64,000 nt of DNA from Bacteroidia bacterium (lineage in GTDB: Bacteria > Bacteroidota > Bacteroidia > NS11-12g > UBA9320). The stretch is taken from the NCBI GenBank assembly GCA_965216465.1, contig CBDCFW010000004.1, positions 32,001-96,000 on the forward strand. Reading direction: 5' to 3'. Shown piece after piece: positions 47,869 through 58,439 of this stretch; the stretch's first letter is position 1; each line of letters opens with the position of its first letter. The translations under genes were made by a program, and so were the position numbers. The notes under the pieces were generated by a model that was not told the DNA's origin, did no database searches, and worked only from the letters and a program-made list of their open reading frames with translations.

Positions 47869-49470
47869 CTACTTCAAATCGTAGTCTTCCTCATTTTCGA
47901 GAATCCGCTGTCGACTTGCATTAAAGTCTTCGCTAAATAAACTTCTTTCCGATTTGTATCCGGCATATTTTAAGTGATTTAAGTCGAGGAATGAATAGAA
48001 TAGGTCATCAGACATAAATGAACTCGAAGATCGTGATTGAGCAATACTGTCGTTAAGCCCATAGAGATTTTTGTAGTTATCTGACATCCAAACAATAAAA
48101 GGAATTTCTACATTCGATTTTGGGATTGTTAATGCATAATCATGACCACAATTACCGTTTTCGTCGTAAACATTTTCGCCATGATCGGAAAGATAAACTG
48201 CGGTTGCGCTGATATTCTTTTGGTTTGAGTGCTCATTTACCATGTTAAAGAATTCGTTGACAACAAAATCATTATATAAAACAGAGTTGTCGTAGTGTGC
48301 TTGAGTTCCATCTACTTCACCTTCGCCTTCAAATTTTTTAAACTTTTCAGGATATCTTTTCGAATACGAAGTGTGATTACCCATCAAATGAAGCACGATC
48401 AATTTGTTAGCTGCAGTGTCATTTAAAGCCTCCTTCAGGGGGGCAAACAATCCCTCGTCATATGACTTGACATAAGTTGCTTCGAATGATGTGCTGCCAG
48501 CAGTATTAATGAATTTGGTGACGTCAGCTTTTTTAGCGGTATGGGAAATTAAATTTTCCCAGATTCCGGTTAGTGATTGATTCGATAACCAAAATGTTTT
48601 ATAGCCTGACGAATGAAAAACATCTAAAATGTCGACATAAGTTCCTAAACTGTCGTAGGTATAAATATCCCCTTCAGAAATGCTACTTAATACACAACTA
48701 AGCGTGTTTGAAAAAGGAGTGATAACATTATCAAAGGCTACAATATCCTTCCTTTGTCTTAATAGTGGAGTGGTATTACGGTGATAACCATATAGACTCA
48801 TATGTCTTCGGCTTTCAGACTCGCCGATAATCAGTACGGCCAGATTAGTTGAGGTTTTGGCTTCATTCTCTGTTGCAACATTCTTAGGGTCGTTGGTTTT
48901 AAATATTTCTTGATAAACTGCAATTTGGTCGGCAAGTTGAATTCCAACTTTAAGCGTATGTGGTACGCCTTTTCTAACTAGACGTTGGTTTAAAGCATTT
49001 TCAGCTATAAACCCGATTGCGACAACGGCAAAAAGCCAAATAAACCATTTTGGTTGAATGCTTGAAATTTGTTTCGGTCGAGACCATGCAAGCATAAATA
49101 TGCCGATAAAAGGGAGCAAATACAAAAGTCGATAAGAGAATTTTGTATCCATAAATTCGGAGGCTTCGGCAAAATTTGAATTGGCTACAACAAGAATGTT
49201 TGTGGCATTTAAGGGTGCTTTTACAATACACCAATGGCTGATTTCAACAAGACCAAGAATGAAGAAAAAGATCAATCCGATTTTAATCCAAATGCGTTTT
49301 TGAGTCAAGGCAAAAGGGATTGTAAACAATAAGAGCCAAACAAAATTAATGAGAAAATACCTTGAGTTTACGAGCTCAGCTTCAATCGTAAGTCCAATGA
49401 GCAAAGGAGCAATGGCGAGCAATACAAAGTAAAGAGGAAATATTAGGGATATGTTTTTAAGCCATTTCAA
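47869..49470 (-). CDS. Phosphoethanolamine transferase (EptA/CptA family)
   Basis: N-terminal TM helices, 'IIGESESR..MSLYGY.R.TTP', 'LHLMGNH', 'YDNSV', 'YLSDHGE'. Confidence 0.9.
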   Translation of the reverse strand: MKWLKNISLIFPLYFVLLAIAPLLIGLTIEAELVNSRYFLINFVWLLLFTIPFALTQKRIWIKIGLIFFFILGLVEISHWCIVKAPLNATNILVVANSNFAEASEFMDTKFSYRLLYLLPFIGIFMLAWSRPKQISSIQPKWFIWLFAVVAIGFIAENALNQRLVRKGVPHTLKVGIQLADQIAVYQEIFKTNDPKNVATENEAKTSTNLAVLIIGESESRRHMSLYGYHRNTTPLLRQRKDIVAFDNVITPFSNTLSCVLSSISEGDIYTYDSLGTYVDILDVFHSSGYKTFWLSNQSLTGIWENLISHTAKKADVTKFINTAGSTSFEATYVKSYDEGLFAPLKEALNDTAANKLIVLHLMGNHTSYSKRYPEKFKKFEGEGEVDGTQAHYDNSVLYNDFVVNEFFNMVNEHSNQKNISATAVYLSDHGENVYDENGNCGHDYALTIPKSNVEIPFIVWMSDNYKNLYGLNDSIAQSRSSSSFMSDDLFYSFLDLNHLKYAGYKSERSLFSEDFNASRQRILENEEDYDLK

Positions 49471-50075
49471 ACCCCCTGCTCTTCAATCCATTGTTTTAGG
49501 GTTTCAACACCATGTTTAGTGTTGCTACTGGTTTCGAACATAACCGGAAGTTCGGCATAGTATTTTGATAGTTCTTTCTCAAAATTATTCATGTTCTTTT
49601 CTGTTTCTCTGGCTTTGCGCTTATCTGTTTTGGTGAATACCACACCAACAGGAACCCGGTGCACGCCACACCATTCTAAAAACTCTAGGTCTATTCTTTG
49701 TGGTGGTATTGCCGCATCGACTAATACAAAAACAATAAAAAGATTTTGGCTTCTGAGTAAATAATCGGTAATTAATCCCTCAAACTCCTCCCGCCGTTTT
49801 TTAGATACCTTGGCATATCCATATCCAGGTAAATCGACGAGATAAAGATGCTCTTCAACTCCAAAAAAATTAATGAGTTGGGTTTTTCCAGGTTTAGCAC
49901 TGGTTTTCGCCATATCTTTTTTACTTGCAATGGCATTAATGAGCGAACTTTTTCCAACATTCGATCTTCCAATGAAAGCAAACTCTGGTTTTATTTTATT
50001 GTTTATCTGTACAACAGAACTATAACTCCTGATAAATTTTGCCTTGTCAAAGGCGAGCGTCATATTTGCAGCCAT
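49467..50075 (-). CDS. engB: Ribosome biogenesis GTPase YihA/EngB (start may be 50063)
   Basis: 'GRSNVGKSSLIN', 'PGKTQLIN', 'DLPGYGYA', 'TKTDK'. Confidence 0.95.
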   Translation of the reverse strand: MAANMTLAFDKAKFIRSYSSVVQINNKIKPEFAFIGRSNVGKSSLINAIASKKDMAKTSAKPGKTQLINFFGVEEHLYLVDLPGYGYAKVSKKRREEFEGLITDYLLRSQNLFIVFVLVDAAIPPQRIDLEFLEWCGVHRVPVGVVFTKTDKRKARETEKNMNNFEKELSKYYAELPVMFETSSNTKHGVETLKQWIEEQGV

Positions 50076-50077
50076 AA

Positions 50078-50797
50078 ATGGACAGCAAAGTTAAGCCATA
50101 TGATCCAACAGGTTCTAAAAAAGAACAAGTGAAGCAAATGTTTGATAACATTGCTCACCGTTATGATTTCTTAAATCGTTTTTTATCTATGGGCATAGAT
50201 AAGGGATGGAGAAAGAAAGCTATAAAGATGTTGGCGAAGCAAAATCCCAAAAGAATTCTTGATGTAGCAACAGGTACGGGAGATTTCGCAATTGAAACCT
50301 TGAAAATCAATCCAGATGAAGTAATCGGAGTTGATATTTCTGAGGGAATGCTTGAAATGGGCAGGAAAAAACTCGAAGAAAAAGGAATTTCGAAGATTAT
50401 CCTACAACAAGGAGACAGTGAGAATCTTCAGTTTGATGATAATTCATTTGATGCGGTGATTGTGGCGTTTGGAGTTCGAAATTTTGAAAATCTTCAAAAA
50501 GGTCTCAGTGAGATTCATCGTGTTTTGAAGCCAGGTGGCACAGCAATGGTGCTCGAGTTTTCTAAACCTCGAGGGCTGTTTAAACTTATCTATAATTTCT
50601 ATTTCAATGTAATATTACCTTTGTGGGGAAAGTTGTTTTCTGGAGACAATTCAGCTTATACCTATTTGCCAGAATCGGTAAAAGCTTTTCCAGAAGGAGA
50701 AGCCTTCAAAGAAATTATGTCTGATGTTAAATACAATAATGTGAACGACAGACGTTTAACCTTTGGAATATGCTCAATATACACCGGTACAAAATAA
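50078..50797 (+). CDS. ubiE: Demethylmenaquinone methyltransferase (UbiE/MenG)
   Basis: '[13 protein letters not shown]', 'LDVATGTGD', 'AFGVRN', 'LEFS', 'YLPESV'. Confidence 0.95.
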   Translation: MDSKVKPYDPTGSKKEQVKQMFDNIAHRYDFLNRFLSMGIDKGWRKKAIKMLAKQNPKRILDVATGTGDFAIETLKINPDEVIGVDISEGMLEMGRKKLEEKGISKIILQQGDSENLQFDDNSFDAVIVAFGVRNFENLQKGLSEIHRVLKPGGTAMVLEFSKPRGLFKLIYNFYFNVILPLWGKLFSGDNSAYTYLPESVKAFPEGEAFKEIMSDVKYNNVNDRRLTFGICSIYTGTK

Positions 50798-51465
50798 CAT
50801 TAGTAAGTCTGATAGTTCTACTATCAATTGGCGTGCAGGCTCAGGAGATTAATCCGCTGTACGACAGAAAACCTGTGCGTTTCGGTTTCGGTTTGATGGG
50901 AAATTCTGCCAAATTGAAGTTTACAACGAAAGATAACATCTTTCCTAGTGATACCTTACAGAACATCCAATCGTTAAATTATCCTGGATTTGGATTGGGA
51001 GGATTGGTCAATTTTAGGCTAGCCGAAAGTTGGGACCTTAAGACCATGGTAAATATTCAGTTTGCCCGTAGAGATATGAACTATTATTTCAAGCAGGATA
51101 ACCTCAAAACGGCTGAAATGGAGTCTACCTATATCGAAATTCCATTAAGTTTAGAATATAAAGGGGTAAGACATAAGAATGTACGTCTATATGTGTTAGG
51201 AGGAATAACTTATCGCTTCGATTTTACCAGTGATGTTGATACGGATAGAAGTGATACCAAGCCTATTGTTGCTATGTATCCGAATACATTCTCGTACGAC
51301 ATTGGTGCTGGACTCGATATTTACTTCCCTTATTTTAAGTTTTCTCCAGAAATTAAATTGAGTAACGGCTTAGGTAATCAGTTGGTGCCAGATGGTTTTA
51401 TTTTTGCTAACAGTCTTGAAAGAGTTTCACCCAAATTGCTTCAATTTAGCCTGATATTTCAATAG
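50770..51465 (+). CDS. porT: T9SS outer-membrane protein PorT/SprT
   Basis: Signal peptide; beta-barrel pattern 'ESTYIEIPL', '[16 protein letters not shown]'; conserved position after ubiE. Confidence 0.8.
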   Translation: MLNIHRYKITLVSLIVLLSIGVQAQEINPLYDRKPVRFGFGLMGNSAKLKFTTKDNIFPSDTLQNIQSLNYPGFGLGGLVNFRLAESWDLKTMVNIQFARRDMNYYFKQDNLKTAEMESTYIEIPLSLEYKGVRHKNVRLYVLGGITYRFDFTSDVDTDRSDTKPIVAMYPNTFSYDIGAGLDIYFPYFKFSPEIKLSNGLGNQLVPDGFIFANSLERVSPKLLQFSLIFQ

Positions 51466-52583
51466 TGTTTTTTAACTTACAACACACCGACAAAGATTCT
51501 AAAGCTAGAGCAGGTGTTATAAAGACAGATCACGGCGTAATTGAAACGCCAATTTTTATGCCTGTTGGTACACAAGGCACCGTAAAGGCCGTCGATCAGG
51601 ATAAGCTTGTTGATGAAGTTAAGGCTGAAATCATCTTAGGTAACACCTATCATTTGTATCTTAGACCGGGGTTAGATATTATTAATCAAGCTGGAGGACT
51701 TCATAAATTTATTTCTTGGGATAAGCCCATATTAACCGACAGTGGAGGTTTTCAAGTCTACTCAATTTCTGATCAGCGTAAAATTACTGAGGAAGGAGTA
51801 ATCTTTAAGAGTCATATTGATGGAAGTAAAATATTGTTTACCCCAGAAAACGTGATGGATACTCAGCGTACTATTGGTGCCGATATTATTATGGCATTTG
51901 ATGAGTGTACGCCATATCCGGCAACTAAAGAATATGCAACAAATTCGATGCACATAACCCACCGCTGGTTAGATCGATGCATCAAACAATTTAGTGAAAC
52001 AGAGCCTTTGTATGGTTACAGTCAGCAATTGTTTCCGATTATACAAGGCAGTGTGTTCCCAGATTTGAGGTTACAAAGTACAGAATACTGTCTGAGTAAA
52101 GATACCGACGGTATTGCTATCGGAGGCCTTTCAGTAGGAGAACCACATGAAGATATGTATGCAATAACTGACCAAATTTGCAGCATAGTACCAAAAGAAA
52201 AACCGAGATATCTAATGGGTGTAGGAACGCCGGTTAACTTGTTGGAATGCATCAGTTTGGGCATTGATATGTTCGACTGTGTGATGCCTACTCGAAATGC
52301 GCGAAATGGCATGTTGTTCACCAAAAATGGTACAATGAATATGAAGAATCAAAAATGGGAAAATGATTTTTCGCCAATTGATGAAGAGCTAACGCCTAAA
52401 TACAGCAAAGCGTATTTACGTCATCTTTTCAAAGCGAAAGAATACTTAGCTGGGCAAATCGCCAGTGAACACAATTTAAAGTTCTATTTGTGGCTGGTAA
52501 AAGAAGCAAGAATGCATATCAAGAATAACACGTTTACCTCATGGAAGAATGAGATGGTTAATAAATTAGATCAGCGATTATGA
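51465..52583 (+). CDS. tgt: tRNA-guanine(34) transglycosylase
   Basis: 'TPIFMPVGT', 'NTYHL', 'TDSGGFQV', 'DEC', 'GGLSVGE', 'RYLMGVG', 'FDCVMPTR'. Confidence 0.97.
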   Translation: MFFNLQHTDKDSKARAGVIKTDHGVIETPIFMPVGTQGTVKAVDQDKLVDEVKAEIILGNTYHLYLRPGLDIINQAGGLHKFISWDKPILTDSGGFQVYSISDQRKITEEGVIFKSHIDGSKILFTPENVMDTQRTIGADIIMAFDECTPYPATKEYATNSMHITHRWLDRCIKQFSETEPLYGYSQQLFPIIQGSVFPDLRLQSTEYCLSKDTDGIAIGGLSVGEPHEDMYAITDQICSIVPKEKPRYLMGVGTPVNLLECISLGIDMFDCVMPTRNARNGMLFTKNGTMNMKNQKWENDFSPIDEELTPKYSKAYLRHLFKAKEYLAGQIASEHNLKFYLWLVKEARMHIKNNTFTSWKNEMVNKLDQRL

Positions 52584-52933
52584 TTTCAGATATATATAAA
52601 AGAACAAAATTACTCAGCAAAACATGCTTAAAGATAGCTTTGGTTCTTCCTCATGATGTTGCTTTGTGCAATTTAGTAAGAGGGCATTTAATTGACCGTG
52701 CAACCGATATGGCCATTAAATCGAAGGGCTTAATGGTGACTCAGCACCCCGATTACTTTATTAAAAAGCTAAGCGATGCAAAAGAAGCGACTGACGGCTG
52801 TCAATATTGGTTAGAGCTTATTAAAGATGAAGAATATCTGGATTCTCATATTATTAATCCAATATTAGAGGAAAGCGAAGCTGTTTCTAATTTATTTGCA
52901 TTAGCTATTCGAAAGATTAAGCCAAATTATTAA
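52580..52933 (+). CDS. Four-helix-bundle protein (23S rRNA IVS-protein-like)
   Basis: All-helical 117 aa; 'FIKKLSDAKEATDGCQYWLELI' resembles the family signature. Confidence 0.6.
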   Translation: MISDIYKRTKLLSKTCLKIALVLPHDVALCNLVRGHLIDRATDMAIKSKGLMVTQHPDYFIKKLSDAKEATDGCQYWLELIKDEEYLDSHIINPILEESEAVSNLFALAIRKIKPNY

Positions 52934-52939
52934 TAAGCG

Positions 52940-54022
52940 GTGAAGCTCACTAAAATCGACTTATATATCATTAAGCGTTTTATTGGTGCCTTTTTATTGG
53001 CACTTGGGCTTTTTACGGTAATCATTATTGTATTCGATCTCGCTGAAAAAATCGAAGATTTTATTGGAAATGAAGCTCCATTTAACGAGGTGATTTTTGA
53101 CTATTATGTAAACTGGGTTCCGTTCTTACTGAATCTGTTTAGTCCGGTTTTCGTATTTATTTCGGTAATATTCTTTACATCCAAAATGGCTCAAAAATCA
53201 GAAATCATAGCCATTTTAGCTGGAGGTGTTTCGTACAAACGACTATTGGTACCCTATATACTTACAGGAGTTTTCTTAGCAGCATTTTCGTTTACTCTTT
53301 CTGCATGGATAATTCCAAAGGCAGATAAAACTCGGGTTAAGTTTGAGAATACTTATATCAGAGATCGCTCAAACTATAAAATGTTGTCTATCAAACGACA
53401 AATTGAGCCTGGAGTAATCATGACGTTAGGAAACTTTGCAATAATGGATAGCTCAGGATACCGATTCAATCTTGAGCATATAGAGAATGGAGAAATAAGG
53501 TCAAAACTTTCAGCAGACCGAATTGCTTGGAACGATAAAACAAATAAATGGAAACTGTCAAACTACTGGATTAGGGAGTTTATTGATGGAATGGAAATCA
53601 TCACAAAAGGAAGTACACTAGATACGATGATTAACTTTAATCCTGAAGATTTTTTCAGAAAGAATGACGACGTTCAAATGTTCAATCTTAAAGAACTGGA
53701 TGCCATGATTCGTATGGAGGAAATGACGGGAACAGGCAATACGTTCTTTTATACAACAGAAAAATACAAGCGTTTTTCGTCACCTTTTGCTATTATCATT
53801 CTGACCATCATTGGGGTGTCTGTAGCATCTAAAAAGACCAGAGGAGGAATTGGCTTAAATCTTGGAATTGGACTGCTTTTAAGCTTTACCTTTTTAATCG
53901 TAATGCAGTTTTTCTTGGCCTATGGCACAAGCGGTACAATGCCTCCAATAATAGCAGTTTGGCTCCCTAATATAATATTCGGGGGCATTGCTTACGCAAT
54001 GTATAAATTTGCCCAGAAGTAA
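52940..54022 (+). CDS. LptF/LptG-family LPS export permease
   Basis: 'IDLYIIKRF', 'SEIIAILAGGVS', 3+3 TM layout, 'AVWLPNIIF'. Confidence 0.92.
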   Translation: MKLTKIDLYIIKRFIGAFLLALGLFTVIIIVFDLAEKIEDFIGNEAPFNEVIFDYYVNWVPFLLNLFSPVFVFISVIFFTSKMAQKSEIIAILAGGVSYKRLLVPYILTGVFLAAFSFTLSAWIIPKADKTRVKFENTYIRDRSNYKMLSIKRQIEPGVIMTLGNFAIMDSSGYRFNLEHIENGEIRSKLSADRIAWNDKTNKWKLSNYWIREFIDGMEIITKGSTLDTMINFNPEDFFRKNDDVQMFNLKELDAMIRMEEMTGTGNTFFYTTEKYKRFSSPFAIIILTIIGVSVASKKTRGGIGLNLGIGLLLSFTFLIVMQFFLAYGTSGTMPPIIAVWLPNIIFGGIAYAMYKFAQK

Positions 54023-54720
54023 TGATGGAGATGGATATACAAGAAGGTGGGTTCTTACTCATTGATAAGCCGTTGGAATGGACAAGTTTTGATGTCGTTA
54101 AAAAACTGCGGAACATCTCTAAAATTAAAAAGATAGGCCACGCAGGAACGCTCGACCCTTTAGCAACTGGATTGTTAATTGTGTGCTATGGAAAGTATAC
54201 CAAGAAAATAGAATTTCTTCAAGCAAAGGAAAAGGCTTATGAAGGTACTTTTGAGCTGGGAAAAACAACTCCTTCGTTTGATTTAGAAACGGATGTGGAT
54301 GGGGAGTTTCCAACCAAACACATTACTACCGACCTTGTTTACGATGCAGTAGATCAGTTTAAAGGTGACATCGTGCAAATTCCGCCGCAGCATTCCGCGG
54401 TAAAAATTAATGGCCGACGAGCATACAAGGATGCCAGAAAGGGCAAAAAAGTTGAACTGAAGTCAAGAAACGTCAATGTTTCAAAATATGATGTTGAGCT
54501 CGATACCTTACCAACAGTAAAATTCAATATTGTATGCAGCAAGGGAACATACATTAGGTCGCTTGCACGTGATTTAGGTAAGGCCTTGGATAGTGGTGCA
54601 TATATGTCTTCCCTTAGGCGAACAAGAATTGGGGAGTATGATGTTAACAACGCTGTTCAAATCTCCGACCTAAAAACCCCAGAGGATTTCTTTAAACTTG
54701 CCATTCAACTCAAGGATTGA
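54022..54720 (+). CDS. truB: tRNA pseudouridine(55) synthase
   Basis: 'IDKPLEWTSFDVV', 'GHAGTLDPLATG', 'CSKGTYIRSLARD'. Confidence 0.97.
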   Translation: MMEMDIQEGGFLLIDKPLEWTSFDVVKKLRNISKIKKIGHAGTLDPLATGLLIVCYGKYTKKIEFLQAKEKAYEGTFELGKTTPSFDLETDVDGEFPTKHITTDLVYDAVDQFKGDIVQIPPQHSAVKINGRRAYKDARKGKKVELKSRNVNVSKYDVELDTLPTVKFNIVCSKGTYIRSLARDLGKALDSGAYMSSLRRTRIGEYDVNNAVQISDLKTPEDFFKLAIQLKD

Positions 54721-55646
54721 AAGTAATACACGACATAACCGAGTTTAACCCTCAAAAGCCAATCGTTTTAACTCAAGGCACTTTTGACGGTGTGCACATT
54801 GGTCATCAAAAAATACTGAAACAGGTTGTTGAAGAAGCCAAAAGCATTGGTGGTGAGAGTGTATTGTTGACTTTCTACCCGCATCCAAGATTGGTACTGT
54901 ATCCAGACGACAACGATTTAAAGTTGTTGACCACAATCGAAGAGAAGGTAGAAATAGTTGAAGAAATTGGAATTGACTACGTCATCATTATGCCCTTCAC
55001 TAAAGACCTCAGTCGATTACGTGCAGATGAGTTTGTTCGTGAAATTTTAGTAAATCAATTGAGCGTAAATAAGCTGATTATTGGATACGATCATCGTTTT
55101 GGAAGAAATAGGGAAGGAGGATTGAAAGAAATGATCCAAATTTCAGAATCATTTGGCTTTGAAGTCTTAGAAATTCCGGCTCAAGATATCGAAAGCAGTA
55201 TCGTAAGCTCTACCAAAATTCGTAATGCATTGCTTGCTGGCAATGTAACCACTGCTAAAAGCTATTTAGGAAGTCCATATACACTAACAGGAAGAGTAGA
55301 AGGAGGCATTCAGAAAGGAACAGAAATTGGATACCCCACAGCGAACGTTCGAGTGAATAGTTCGTTCAAACTCATCCCAGAAAATGGGGTTTACGCAGTT
55401 TGGGTAGTTATTGGTGGAAAAAAATATGGGGGAATGCTCAATATAGGATACAATCCTACGTTTATAAACAAGCAATGGAGTATAGAAGTTCATATTTTTG
55501 AGTTTTCTAAAAACATTTACAACCAAGAAATAACAATAGAATTTGTTGCAAGAACTAGGGATGAAAGGAAATACGAAAACATTTCAGACCTAATAAAGCA
55601 ATTGGAATTAGATGAGACTGAAATTAGAGAAATACTTGAGATGTAG
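54717..55646 (+). CDS. ribF: Bifunctional riboflavin kinase / FAD synthetase
   Basis: 'GTFDGVHIGHQ', 'GYDHRFG', 'SSTKIR', 'GYPTAN', 'IEVHI'. Confidence 0.96.
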   Translation: MKVIHDITEFNPQKPIVLTQGTFDGVHIGHQKILKQVVEEAKSIGGESVLLTFYPHPRLVLYPDDNDLKLLTTIEEKVEIVEEIGIDYVIIMPFTKDLSRLRADEFVREILVNQLSVNKLIIGYDHRFGRNREGGLKEMIQISESFGFEVLEIPAQDIESSIVSSTKIRNALLAGNVTTAKSYLGSPYTLTGRVEGGIQKGTEIGYPTANVRVNSSFKLIPENGVYAVWVVIGGKKYGGMLNIGYNPTFINKQWSIEVHIFEFSKNIYNQEITIEFVARTRDERKYENISDLIKQLELDETEIREILEM

Positions 55647-56466
55647 TGTATTAGCAATTGTTGCTAGTTTAACCTTGTTTGCCGCCTTGGCTCAGACTAC
55701 AAGTGAAATTGTTCCTGAATCAATTGGCTTCGACCGTAACTTAATCCCTGCAAAAAGCATTTATGGCAATTCGTGGGACTCTTTGCACGTCGACAGTCCG
55801 TTTTTTGATAAGAAAAGAATTGCATTCGGCTTTTACCTCGATCTTGTGGAGGATGGATGTGAATATTTTCATCCTTTCGATGGAGTTGTGACCTCTAAGT
55901 TTGGTTGGAGAAGAGGTAGAATGCACAAAGGCATTGATATCGATTTAGAAATTGGAGATCCGGTATATGCTGCTTTTGACGGTGTTGTTCGCATTGCAAA
56001 ATACAATGCAGGAGGTTTTGGAAATTATGTGATGATTCGTCACTACAATGGTTTAGAGACGATTTATGCCCATTTCTCTGAGTCTATTGTAGTTCGAAAT
56101 CAAACTGTTCGTGCAGGTCAGATTATCGGTTACGGTGGAAGTACTGGAAGAAGTACAGGTTCTCATCTACACTTTGAAACACGTTTTTTAGGCCAAGCAT
56201 TTGACCCCACAAAAATTATCGACTTTAATACCTTCTGCTTGAAAGAGAAACAAGTCTTCTTAAATCATACTTGGTTCCCATATATCTCTAAAACAGGTAC
56301 ATCCGTTCGTCCAGTAACTAAGCGCGTGTATCACAAAATTAGAAGTGGAGATACACTATATGGCTTATCGAGAAGGTATGGCGTAAGTGTAAATCAAATA
56401 TGCAGACTTAACGGCATTAGTCGAACCACAATTCTTCGAATTGGTAGGACACTCAGAATTCGTTAG
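55612..56466 (+). CDS. M23 metallopeptidase with C-terminal LysM domain (start uncertain)
   Basis: 'HKGID', 'YAH', 'GRSTGSHLHFE', LysM 'HKIRSGDTLYGLSRRYGV'. Confidence 0.9.
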   Translation: MRLKLEKYLRCSVLAIVASLTLFAALAQTTSEIVPESIGFDRNLIPAKSIYGNSWDSLHVDSPFFDKKRIAFGFYLDLVEDGCEYFHPFDGVVTSKFGWRRGRMHKGIDIDLEIGDPVYAAFDGVVRIAKYNAGGFGNYVMIRHYNGLETIYAHFSESIVVRNQTVRAGQIIGYGGSTGRSTGSHLHFETRFLGQAFDPTKIIDFNTFCLKEKQVFLNHTWFPYISKTGTSVRPVTKRVYHKIRSGDTLYGLSRRYGVSVNQICRLNGISRTTILRIGRTLRIR

Positions 56467-57038
56467 TGAAATTCAAACGTGTTGATAGTGTGGATTATAT
56501 CCGCATTCAAAAACTGATAAATGGGTAGAACGCTATCGCGTGATGTTTTCTCATTAAAGTAGAAAGATCCCCTAAAAAAGTGTTGGATGCCATCGGTGAG
56601 GTAAAAGTTCAATGGAGTGGCAGTTTTACCCTCCAAATCGTAAATCATTCCATAGAAACCCTTTGTGGTATCTGAAAGATCACGCTCGATAATTTCTTCG
56701 GCTACCCGAATGTGTTTGTGAGCAAGTTGGTATGCATCTTCACCTAGACTATCAAGTTCTTGAGTAGTACTAAACGGAATATAGCTTAAGTGTAATGTTG
56801 CGTTAAAAGGCTTGTAGTTTAAATTAAACCAACATGGCTTGTCTTCGTATTTGTACCGTTCCAATTCACTGTATACGGGTATCTCAAAACTGAATGGACA
56901 ATCTGCTTCAATAGCCTTGTACTCCTTTTTTGGGTACATAACGCGCGGGTATGCTTTAGGCTTAGGAGTATAGGAGTTACAAGATGCAATCAAAAATCCT
57001 AGAACTAGGATTATTAAACTATTATTCTTCATCTTCAT
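56463..57038 (-). CDS. gldD: Gliding motility lipoprotein GldD
   Basis: Lipobox 'LIASC', 'PKPKAYPR', 'CPFSFE', 'NFYLTD...HFFRGSFYF'; downstream of gldE. Confidence 0.9.
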   Translation of the reverse strand: MKMKNNSLIILVLGFLIASCNSYTPKPKAYPRVMYPKKEYKAIEADCPFSFEIPVYSELERYKYEDKPCWFNLNYKPFNATLHLSYIPFSTTQELDSLGEDAYQLAHKHIRVAEEIIERDLSDTTKGFYGMIYDLEGKTATPLNFYLTDGIQHFFRGSFYFNEKTSRDSVLPIYQFLNADIIHTINTFEFH

Positions 57039-58425
57039 TTACGTCGACTACAACAGGTTTAATATGAATTTTAACACGTTTTATTCTTCTGCTGTCTGCA
57101 GACTCTACTGTAAACGTAAGATTCTCATAGTTTATTTCAGCTCCTTTTTGAGGAATCTCCTCTTCAATTTCCATTACTAGACCACCAAGCGTATCAGCAT
57201 CTCCTCGAACATCGTCAAAGAAAGCATTATCGAGGTCTAAAATTTTGATGATGTCGTTTAGAGCTGTCTTTCCTTCAAAAACAAAGGTAGAATTATCCAG
57301 TTTCGAATAAGAAAGTTCTTCTTCGTCAAACTCATCTTTGATTTCGCCAAACACTTCTTCCAAAATGTCTTCCATGGTCACAATCCCACTTGTGCCTCCA
57401 TATTCGTCTACCACAACGGCCAGATGTACTCTTTTTTCTTGAAACTCTTCGAGAAGGTCGTCAATCTTTTTGTGTTCAGGAACAAAGAATGCAGGACGAA
57501 TAAGCTCCTGCCAATCAAAGTTGGTTTTTTTATGAATGTATGGAAGGAGATCTTTGATGTACAAGATTCCTTTTACCTGATCAAAGCCATCCTCATAAAC
57601 CGGAATACGGCTATAATTCCAACCCATAATTGTCTTTAAGAGTTGCTGAGCATCTGTTTTTATGTCGATGCAAAACACTTCAGTTCGAGCTTTCATGATT
57701 TGTTTTACGCTCGTGTTTCCAAAGTTTATTATACTTTTTAGGATGTGTTTTTCTTCAATCTCCTTGTTCTCATCTGCAATGTCAATTGCCTGACTGAGCT
57801 CTTCCATTGAAATATTGTGCAAACGCTTTTTAAGGTGTTTGTCGAACAACGAAGAACTTGCTGCAAGCATCAAGACAATAGGCTTAAAGATGGTGTAACA
57901 TATACTCAGAGGACGAGCCATGAGCCTCACTATTTGCAAGTTGTTTTGTGTAGCGTATATCTTCGGGATTATTTCTCCCATAAGCACAAGAAGGAAGGTT
58001 ATTAATACAACCTGAATGAGGAAATTGGGATCAATTGTAAATAATGCGGTTTCAATATCATGAAACGTAAAAAGCTTCTCAAAAAGGTAAGATGAGTAAA
58101 TAACAATGAAGATGTTAATCAGGTTATTCATCAACAAAATAGTGGCCAATAACCGCCGTGTTCCAACTTTTCTGTTGGGTTCGTTAATGAGATCTATAGC
58201 GATTTTTGAAGCTGGGGAATTCTCTTCATTCAGTAAAACTAGGTCATTTGGTGACAAGCTAAAGAATGCATTTTCTGAGCTAGAAAAAAGAGCAGAAAGG
58301 CCTAAAAAAACAAGAATTATTGCAAGTCCGATGAGTCCTGTAACCAACGAAGGACCAAAATCCATATTCAGGATGGACTCGAGAAGAATAAAACTCTGTT
58401 GATAGGGTTCAGAATCAGTTGTCAA
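57022..58425 (-). CDS. gldE: Gliding motility protein GldE (CNNM/CBS/CorC-HlyC domains)
   Basis: 'SSSENAFFSL', 'GEIIPK', CBS pair 'VVDEYGGTSGIVTMEDILEE'; ssb-gldE-gldD synteny. Confidence 0.9.
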   Translation of the reverse strand: MTTDSEPYQQSFILLESILNMDFGPSLVTGLIGLAIILVFLGLSALFSSSENAFFSLSPNDLVLLNEENSPASKIAIDLINEPNRKVGTRRLLATILLMNNLINIFIVIYSSYLFEKLFTFHDIETALFTIDPNFLIQVVLITFLLVLMGEIIPKIYATQNNLQIVRLMARPLSICYTIFKPIVLMLAASSSLFDKHLKKRLHNISMEELSQAIDIADENKEIEEKHILKSIINFGNTSVKQIMKARTEVFCIDIKTDAQQLLKTIMGWNYSRIPVYEDGFDQVKGILYIKDLLPYIHKKTNFDWQELIRPAFFVPEHKKIDDLLEEFQEKRVHLAVVVDEYGGTSGIVTMEDILEEVFGEIKDEFDEEELSYSKLDNSTFVFEGKTALNDIIKILDLDNAFFDDVRGDADTLGGLVMEIEEEIPQKGAEINYENLTFTVESADSRRIKRVKIHIKPVVVDVNEDEE

Positions 58426-58439
58426 TTTTCAAATATTAG

